The position numbers and the translations under genes are program-made. A stretch of DNA of 64,000 nt from Isurus oxyrinchus. Its lineage: Eukaryota. Under the pieces are notes generated by a model. The model was not told the origin of the DNA, did not search any database, and worked only from the letters and a program-made list of their open reading frames with translations. The first letter of the stretch is position 1. The number at the start of each line of letters is the position of its first letter. The stretch is from assembly GCA_026770705.1 (NCBI GenBank), contig JANJGN010000018.1:90024001-90088000 (forward strand), read 5' to 3'. This document shows, piece by piece, positions 13,300 through 64,000 of the stretch.

Positions 13300-13830
13300 T
13301 TATGAGATTAACTTGTGGTTTTAACTGTGGCTGTGATGGTACATTCGCGGTGCCTATCGTGGTTAATAGGCCCCTCCGCCTCAGTTCACCTCCCAACATC
13401 TTTAGTTCAATCAGATGTGACTGTGGTGTAACACAAATGCAGTTCTTCAACAGCTGAGGAGCTCAGTATAGATGTCGAGGTGCTTTAATATAAGGTATAA
13501 TAATGGCAAGGTGTTCTGCTTACCATGATATATTGCAGCAGACCCGAATATAATATAGGAATAGTCATTGGTACCGCTTGCTAATTCACTCGCACTTTTT
13601 GTACGAATGGACAATGCAACGAGGAAAAATGCTGTGTAATAAAATATAGCGAAGAGTGGAGCATGCCCTATTCATGTGCAAGATAAGATTTGTAACTCAA
13701 GTTCACGCCGGAAGAAACTGTGGAAGCAACTTCCTCGCAATAGTATTAAATATTTGTTTTTTGGGTTGCAGGAGTAACCCAGAGTGTGCAATCGCGGCCA
13801 CAAGCCCCAGCTTTGGCAAGACCACTGATT
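13300..13830. promoter_or_regulatory. Candidate enhancer upstream of P2 (RUNX/GATA/ETS cluster)
   Basis: TGTGGTT 13314-13320 and further TGTGG cores to ~13430; AGATAA 13681; CCGGAAG 13708; ACTTCCTC 13729-13736. Confidence 0.4.
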
Positions 13831-16800
13831 ATTTATTTCTGTGAGGTTAAGGAACTATTTGAACAGTCGAGCTCTCAATGGTGCTACACAGAAACTCTCT
13901 CAGTGGTTGACAAAGTGCATTAAAGGGGAAACCCGCACGGATGAAAGAATTTAAACGGCGCTATTTGAAGCTGCTACCAGCTTCTGAATTTGCTTCTGTA
14001 AATCGACGTGTCGTGTCCTTTCTGTTAATCGTCACTAAGTCAGTATGTGGAAGTGAATTCAGATTACATAGGGTGGCTGTATGGTTACGAAAAAAAAAAC
14101 ACACAACTAAAATGCAAATGCATTCATTGTAAAGGCAGCTACAAAAGAGGTACTGTTTTAAGCAGTCCCACACGCACACGCACACACACACGGTTCAGAG
14201 TGGGTGGTAACAAGTGGAAAGAATTCAGGTATGTAACCAGAAATTGGTACAATATTAAATAGCCTAGGAAGTCCAAACACGGAAACCGTGGGTCCTAACT
14301 ATAGTTAGTAACCGCAGAATAACACTGCATAGTCTTTTAGCACGAAGCCTGTTTCAAGAACCTGGGACGAGGAGTGTCTCCGAAGAAAGAACGTGTTTGT
14401 CATGGTTTGAAAACAAATTTTCCACTATTTTCGGGTTATGACTCTAGAAAACGCATTAATACCGCCAGGAATCAAGTTGCAGCTCTTTGAGTTGAGAAAC
14501 GGCCAACTGATGTTTTTAATGGAATGGATTAGCTCCAGTTGAACCATCCTCACTTTGCCAATCCCTCAATAATCGAGTAAGATAGTTTCTCAGCATAAAC
14601 AATAAAGCTGTGTCTTGAATTTTAAGATTGTCCACCACTGAGACGTCACCTGGGAAGCAGCATAATTGACCAGGAATCAGCCGCATCCCCTGTGGATGGA
14701 CTCCCACCTCTGGACCCTAAATGACTGCAATCAAATCATTCCACCAGGAGACAAATTACCTTTCTTAATATCTTCCCGGACAAGCTGTAGCTGTTAGCTG
14801 TGCCGTCATTCTTTTTTTTAACCGAAACAGTTTAATATATTTAATGATTTCGGTTACATCAGTGCGGCAAGAAAAACCAAGTACCATGGTCAGCGAAAGG
14901 GTTGGTGCGAGAGAATAACGGGATGCAAAGAATCGATTACCATTATAAACTAACACATTCTAATAATCGTTGTGTTATATGAGCCATCTTCAAAACTTTT
15001 TTTCATGACTGTTCTCCTCTGCCAATATAATTCTCAAGAGTCGCTTTTTTTGTTAACTAATGACGAATACTGAGATTTTTCCCAACCATTGCCTGCTGAT
15101 GTGGGAGGAGAGAAAGAAACCGCGTTCAGTGTTGTATTGGAAGTGGCGTCCTGCACGCGGGTATATACTGAATCCTCCATTTAGATCGGGTGACGTGAAT
15201 ATCAGTCAACGGCTGGAGGAGCTGCACTATCGAGTTTACTCAACGGATCTCTTAATGTAAACATTTGAACCATGTCACCTGCCGTCCTGATGATTCAAAA
15301 TGGATATGTAAACTCAGGGATGTCACTTTAAAAAAAACAATTAAAAATGGAGTTATCTGCCAGTGGGTGAATGATGAGCCGGTTATATACTTTGCATCTT
15401 GGTTAGCGAGCCCCAGAGAAGGGTGCTGAGAATGACATTAGAATTAGAGTGCAGAATGGTAGCGTATTGCTAAGGTTTAGCAGAATTATAACAAACAGGA
15501 TCATGAGGACACTGATATATAGATAGCAAAAAGTTAGACATAACTCATAATTGTATAACCCTGGTGCTTAAAGATGAGATGGTCATTGTAAAGGGTATGT
15601 GGGAAACAATGGGTGACCTATCCAAGCAAGTGAGTTGCAAATTAAACCGACCTGGAAGAGAGGTGGACGGGTATGTTAAGAAATAGACCCATCTATTTAC
15701 TGTTTCTCTATTGTAAAATACCAAATTTGTCATGTTGGAAAAGCAGATGATAACTTTGTAGGTGAAATAGGGCTCCAGATTGAATGGCTACTTGAGCGCA
15801 GAGTGACAAAACTGTTGGAATCAGTAATAATCAATAGGTTGGGTAGCTGTAGTTGTTACCAATGAGGTTATTTGCAGTGTATCTGGCAAATCATTTTAAA
15901 CGCTTCTAACAAAACGAATCCTCTCCTGTTGCGCATCATACAATAACATGCTCAGAAGATCGCCGTGCGAGTATTACTAAACAAGTATTACGAATTTTTA
16001 GTTTGCAAAGGAATTGTATTCAATCGCTTTTTATTGAAAAACCATGGGCGATCCTTCTACATTTAACAGAGCGTAAATAAATATATCTGAAGCTTGGTGT
16101 GCTGTGCCCATACGTTCAGCGAGGGGAAAATTACACGTTATATACCTTCCACCGATCTCTGATTTGGAGTAGTCAGCATTTAAAATAAAGTTGCATTTAA
16201 AATGATCAGACCCGCCGATCTACTTAGAAAAATACAGCTGGGACAACTTGCAAATGAGAGAATCCACAACTGCATTTTCAGACTTACTGGATTTTTTTCT
16301 TTGTTTGTTTGTTTGAGCTTTTCAATCATGTTGGGGTAACCTACATGGTTAGTTCCTCTGTAAAAGGTTAAACTATTGCAGGCAATGGGATCATTGAAGG
16401 ATGCTCAACATCTATTAAGCGAGGTTGGCTAGTCGAGCAGTTTTGCCACACTCCCTACACACGAAGGGACAAAATAATCAGATATGTATAGATGCCGTGT
16501 GCTTCATGGTGAAATATTTAATGATTCCCCAGACGAAACGGCCCCCCTCATTAAAAACAATAAGGCTTGGTGACCATATTTACATATCGGATGCTTAAAG
16601 ACGTGTGATACGTTCAAATCAGGTCAAATAAACAATTCTTAATCTCTAATTTGTGCTATTTCCCATTCTTTTCAGTGAAATTAATGGTAACTAACTGAAA
16701 TAATTTCTAGTAACGTTCTAGGTATGCTTTAATATTTTATCTACAAACAGTATTAATCTGAATGAGTGCGAAGTTACTGCGGACTAGCATCTTTCAATCC

Positions 16801-19800
16801 TTCATCAACTCAGTGATATCAATTCAATCATAATATTAACAAGGTAACATGATATCCTAGGTTATTTAACCAATTCTACCTCGATTCGCAATTCCTTTCA
16901 TAAAAACGCCGGTCCAAATACGAAAATATCAAATATTTTATTGTGTGCTTTACTGATCCTTTTCCACCCTGTGGACATTATTAAACCCAGACATCCTGGT
17001 GATAAAAGGTAACACTAATTCGTGTGAAAAGCTTTGTGACGGGACATAACCCTGGGTTTTTGATTCAGGTATAATCACCAAAGCCGCGTAAGTCACTTGG
17101 ATGTTGTCAATAAATGGTTAAACCTTCAGGAATACTCAGGCGAGAGGGAATGTGAGTTTAGACAACCATCTGTGATGTGGGATGTTGACAGCCTCTCGCT
17201 TTCGGGAGTGTAATAGGTGAATCTGTAAGATTCTTAGCTCAAAAATCGTCCTTTCTGCTAAATGTGACCCTCGCTGTTTCTCATTACACCATTCAGGCTT
17301 CCGTTCTTTGCTAATCCTATCTCTAAACTGCTACTGCTTCGGTTAATCCAATCCCTAGCTTCGCACAAGGTTGCTGTTATGTGTTAACACCGACACTAAC
17401 CCTAACCGGGCTTGCTGTTCTGACAGACCTGTTGTGTCTCAGACTGAATTTGCAATAAACCCGTGCTGTTTCCACTCATTCTAAACCTATCCGAAACTGT
17501 TCTGTTTTGTTATTTCTTACCTGAAAGGTAAAACCGCTATTTAAACTGCAGCTGTGCCCAATACCCACTTCGTTTTAACACTGGGCTGAAAGGGTATGTA
17601 TCTGAGAGCATGTAATCCTATACTTGGCAGTTCAGTATTTATACTTTGCATAACTGGGTGTCTTTAATCCGCCTGATCCTGGGTTTTCAAACCAGTCATT
17701 TAATTTGGAAGTCTATTTTCAATTATGAATAAAGTATGATTAAGAACCTGAGGTTAGCATCAGGTGTATGAGAAGTTATTGTTCAAGTTTGCCTCGACGA
17801 AAGATTGAATCAGATTCGCAATAGAGGTAATACAACATTCTTAGAGCATTACTAACTATTCGCCAAAATATCGCATTTTAATTAAAAAAACATTGAAGAT
17901 ATTGTTAAAAAAGAGGACGCGCTTTCCAATTAAACTGTAAATGTCACTCACTGCCGAAACTTTAAAATGAAAATGGCATTTGAATCCTTACATAGAACAG
18001 TTTTAGATTATGTGAAAGAATGAAGCAAAGGAGTACAGGAGGATATGGACAGTCACAATTTAAAATCATTCAATTGAATAAAGGCTGGCTATGGTATTTC
18101 AAAAAAATCTATTACAATTTTGTCAGTAGACATTTATCCTGCCGCCCTGTGCATTTCGCCAAATAATAATTCAATCTTATGAACATAATTTAATTCATGC
18201 GAATCTCCAAAGTTAAATAAAATCAATAATTCTAATTGTCTTGTTATTTTTGGACGTTCAGCAATGTAGTCCTCAAAGAGTTATATTCTGTGAAATCGAC
18301 TGGAAAATCTTTTCTTAAAAAAGGCTGTCGCTGCATTTTTCTTAATAATCATATCTTTATTGAGACTCTTCCTGTTTAGTTGCAGAAACTAAAATGTACT
18401 GCCAAGACACGCAGACATCGCGCAGGGGGTGGCTCACTCACATGATATGTATGACACATGGAATAAAAAATACAGTGTACAATCTGTCAGGAGATAAAGT
18501 CGCCCACGATGTGGATGGGGTTAATGCACATTTTGTTTTTCTTTTCAAGAAGGTATTGCTTGCCCTGCAAAAAAAAAATAGTTCAGCAGCCAAAACCAGA
18601 ACTCCAGCTCGGAGAGAATTGTCAGGCCCCAGTGCAGCTCAAAGAGCTCCGCTTCAAGGTCCATTGCTGCCCCCTGGAGCTCATCAATCGGTTCTGCTGC
18701 TCCTGCACAGAAGCTTTTCTATGACAGTGCGCCTGACTGAGGAAAACTGGATATTGCGTAATTCTTTTTTTTCAATCGGGTTCATTTATTAAATCCTCCT
18801 CCACGTCAGGAAACGAGTGAAATTGCAGCTCATTGCCCCCCCCCCCCCCCCCCATGAATCGGTTGTCATGAGAGTCTCACGCTGCCTTAACCTTCCACGC
18901 TTGCTACATTTGTCGCTGTTCGTGGTGCAGACAGTAGCTGGATTCCTGCGGTTTCCAAAGGGTCACAAAGCACTGACTATGTGGGATTGAAATCATACCT
19001 GTTTGATTATCAATCAGCGCCCAGACCATTAATATCACAATCAAGAATAAACAGCGGCCAGGAAGTGGCTGCAACCTTAATAGGAAATCGCTGGGAGAAA
19101 ATACAGAGCTCTGTGCTTTGGAGAGTGACATCCCTCAAATATTGGAAACTTTATATTTTTTAAATGAACAATGTGCGAGAATCGATTCTTTTTGATCTTT
19201 AAATCACATCTGATCTAATTTAGGGAGTGTGTATTGAAGCCATGCACGGCTGGCGAAATGTATTTCTATATATGCAGGGCATGGTAAAGTTGCATTCATT
19301 CGGCGTAGATTTGTTTTATAAAATTTTTTACAGCTTTTAAAAAGTAAGATGATGATTATCCTAGATATAAATTTATGCAAACGAATGTCTGGAGACAAGA
19401 GACTAGCCCACAAGTCCGCCTTCTTGTCAACTCTAAATTTGCATATCCTGAGTTTGACAGTCAATATTGAAGAGTTAAAGTTAAAAACCAGAAATCCCAA
19501 AAAGCATAATGTTTAGGAACAAAAAGAGCTAAAATAACTGATATAAACTCCTAATCGAATTAATGTGTAAATATTTAGCTGTCAGTGTATAAACAGCAGT
19601 CAGGGAATAGGAGGTCGCCAATTGGGACTGAATAAACTAAACATTTTCCTGCTTTTGTTTTTGCGGATGGACCAAGGATAATTAAAACATATTTTGCAAA
19701 AAATAAATGAAAGGAATTAAGGATTTCTCACTGTAGGATTCTTCTTTTTATTTTTGGTCAGTCAATAATGGATTATTGGAAATTGGATTAATGGAAATTA

Positions 19801-19899
19801 TATTAAATATATTTGCTGGTTGAAAGTAATGTATTTTTGTTTAAAAAGTCAGGTTGTGTGAGAAGTTAAAGGCATTTGAAACGACAAATTGAAGAGAGG

Positions 19900-20279
19900 G
19901 ACCGGGAGGTTAAGTGCTGCTGGTGGAGTGGGGAGGGGGAGGGGGTGGGTGGGGAGTGCGGAGGAATCCCATTGACGGAGATGGCGCTCGCCCCCGTGCG
20001 CGCTCTCGAGCGAGCTTTGGTTCGGGGCTCGCTCGCGTAACCCCACCACCACCCCGCGCGCGCGCGCGCGCCCTACCCCCGCCCCCACTCCCACTCCCTC
20101 CCCTCAATTCGCCACTCGGAAGGCCAGAGGCGCGTTCACTTTCCGGCCGCCTCTGATTGGCCCGCCCCCCCCTCCCTTCTTCCTGCCCGGGCCCGGATTC
20201 TAGAACGCGGAGCTGATTGGTTTGGAGCGGGCGAGATGCAAATGAGTGGGTTGTTGCGGCCAGAGAGACTGGCCGGGGC

Positions 20280-20300
<21 letters not shown>
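19900..20300 (+). promoter_or_regulatory. RUNX1: RUNX1 proximal (P2) promoter, CpG island
   Basis: Very GC/CpG-rich; two reverse CCAAT boxes (CTGATTGG 20153-20160 and 20213-20220), GC box CCCGCCCCC 20161, octamer ATGCAAAT 20236-20243; ~1.1 kb upstream of the MRIPV ATG. Confidence 0.8.
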
Positions 20301-61845
<41,545 letters not shown>

Positions 61846-61977
61846 GTGAGCAGCAAATCCTTGGAGATGAAACCAGCTCTGTTGGGAAAGAAAGAATGAA
61901 ACTGCAAATGTACTGGGTAAGACTGCCCCCATGAGCTTACTGCAGGTAATGCAGGTTGCACAATAAATGGGAGTTAT

Positions 61978-62139
61978 AAACAAAGAAAACTGCGGATGCT
62001 GGAAATCCAAAACAAAAACAGAATTACCTGGAAAAACTCAGCAGGTCTGGCAGCATCGGCGGAGAAGAAAAGAGTTGACGTTTCGAGTTCTGTCGAAGGG
62101 TCATGAGGACTCGAAACGTCAACTCTTTTCTTCTCCGCC
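61978..62139 (+). mobile_element. Penelope-like palindromic insertion with 12-bp target site duplication
   Basis: AATGGGAGTTAT at 61966-61977 and 62140-62151; perfect 31-bp inverted repeat 62058-62088 / 62109-62139; family assignment from memory. Confidence 0.85.
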
Positions 62140-62829
62140 AATGGGAGTTATGGTTGGCTAATGTAAACCAAGTTAGTACCTTAATGATAAATTAAATTTA
62201 AAAGGCCTCGGAGTAGTCCTTAATTTTGAAACATTCTTTGATAAATCAGTAATTAAAGGTGATGAAATTCATTTTAATCAGGAACAGGAGAAGTCCTTGT
62301 CTTTTTCTCACTTGTTGACAATCTATGGACAAAATAATAGGACCGCACAAATTTGAGCTGTGTGACTTCTGAGAATGTTATATCTTGAGCAGGATACTAA
62401 TGTTGGAGCAAAACTAGCAGAGATATTTCATGCGTGACTAGACCAGCAGCCGCAAAGAGCTGTCATCATTTGGACCCTTCTAGACTTCATTAAGAAAGAA
62501 GATCAAACAGGATTGTTACATGAAGAGTGTTCTATGGATATGCCAGTGAGGTGCAGGGCAGATGCTTCAAAAATATGTTTGAAAGCAGGTTGACTCTGTG
62601 AGGTAGATTTGTGCACTGGAGGTTATGTGGACTGACAGAGAGGAAAAGAAAAGATTGCTGTCCTTAATGTATTGTATGTTCAGCCTTTAATGGAACTATT
62701 CTGGGCAAAATGAATTTAAAAATAATAAGCAGTTTTAGGTACCAGGGCCTTGTAGGATGTGGGTTTGTATCCACAGTTTCAATTAGATACCAGTCTCGGG
62801 CATGGAAATCAAAATGAAGGAAGAGCCAA

Positions 62830-64000
62830 AAATTTGCATTTGTGTAGCTCTTTTTAATGTAGGAAAAAACCCCCGTAGGGACCTAACCAGATAATAATGG
62901 ACACCAAATCAAAGAAACAGGTACTAGAATGTGTGACCAAAAGCTTGGCCAAAGTGAATGGCTTTAAGGAGGGCTTAAAGGAATTGGAGAGGTGGAGGGA
63001 TTTAGGGAAGGAATTCCAGAATGTGCAACCTAGATGACTGAAGGAATTGCAGCAAATGCTGAGGCACTAAGGCCAGGGTCAGTGGGGCAGAGGGCTCTGG
63101 AGGGGCTGCTCACAGGTCTGAAGGAAATTGCAGAGGTAAAAAGGGGCAAAGCAATGAGGGGACTTAATCATGAGGTTGAGTATTTTAAATTGGAGACTTT
63201 GAGTAACTGGGAGCTAATGTAAGTTAGTGAGGGCCTGAATGATGGGTGAGCATTAACTGTTGCAGGATAGGGTACAAGCAGCACAATGAAGTTTACAGTC
63301 CGTGAAGTTTACAGAGGATAGAAGGGCAGCCAAAAAGAGTATGGGAATAGTGACGTGGGTGGTTACAAAGGCACAGATGAGAGTTTCAGCTCCAGATGGG
63401 CTGAGGCAGGGTCATTGGAAGTACAAAGTAGGAAGCAGATAGGGTACATGGAGTTGGAAGTTCAGCCTGAGGTCAAATTGGATGTCATGGCTGTGAAAAG
63501 TTTGTTTCAAACTGAGATAGGGAGGAGAATGAAATTGGTGGCTAGGATACGGGTTTTGTAATGGGGGACTCCAAAAACCACGGCCTTGGTTTTCCCAGTG
63601 CTTAACTGGAGGAACTAAGGACCAAATATCTGCCAAGTAGTCTAACAGCAGAGATAGTGGAGGGGCCGAGAAAGGTGGTGGAGATGTAGAGCAGGTTGTT
63701 GCCCATATACAAGTGGAAGCTGCCCCTATGTCTTTAAATGTTGTTGCATGTTGGGCAGCATGTAGATGAGGAAGAGGAGGGGAGAGGGTTCAAGCCCTTG
63801 GGGGAACTCCAATTCGGTAATGCCGCAGGGCAAGGAAGAGAAACCATTGCAGGAGAAATTCTGGCTGTGATTGGATAGGTAAGGGCCAGTTCGAGGGAGG
63901 GTAGTACACCGAGCTGGACAACATGGGAGTTGGAGAAGGATGGTGTGGTTGACCATTTCAGAGGCTGCAGAGAGGCTGAGGGGATGAGGGGGAAAACTGC
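62830..64000 (-). mobile_element. L2-clade LINE, decayed, runs off the right edge
   Basis: Minus strand MVNHTILLQL...FPQGLEPSPLLFLIYMLP (RT motifs like DHSILL and PQGSVLGPLLF); L2-like tail near 62830-62880. Confidence 0.75.

Noticed and set aside
18394-18792. 132-aa ORF upstream of P2
   Set aside because: No recognisable domain or splice context; not the MASxS-type P1 exon

Overview
Vertebrate genomic DNA, most likely a cartilaginous fish (shark), judged from its repeats: CR1 and L2 LINEs, Deu-domain (SacSINE1/AmnSINE-like) SINEs, a tRNA-head SINE sharing its 3' tail with a LINE, Harbinger-type MITEs and Penelope-like palindromes. The one gene is RUNX1 on the + strand. The window holds the proximal (P2) CpG-island promoter (~19.9-20.3 kb), a ~1.1 kb 5' UTR and five coding exons: 21401-21661, 22321-22477, 23788-23892, 43155-43346 and 61684-61845. 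All have GT-AG boundaries and join into one frame of 292 codons covering the MRIPV N-terminus, the whole Runt domain and the start of the transactivation region. The distal P1 exon(s) and the final VWRPY exon lie outside the window. Almost all other ORFs in the track are spurious or decayed transposon fragments. I found no convincing wholly new biological system. The best leads are: a Met->Leu change at a CBFbeta-interface position of the Runt domain; a TSD-flanked palindromic insertion with a hammerhead-like core beside exon 5; inverted repeat pairs from three families bracketing the skippable 192-nt exon; a ~12 kb repeat-poor, CpG-retaining domain around P2; several RUNX/GATA/ETS motif clusters; and a Harbinger MITE family with a Myb/SANT relic. 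Exons are numbered within this window. Repeat boundaries are approximate, and comparisons to human RUNX1 are from memory, not from a search.
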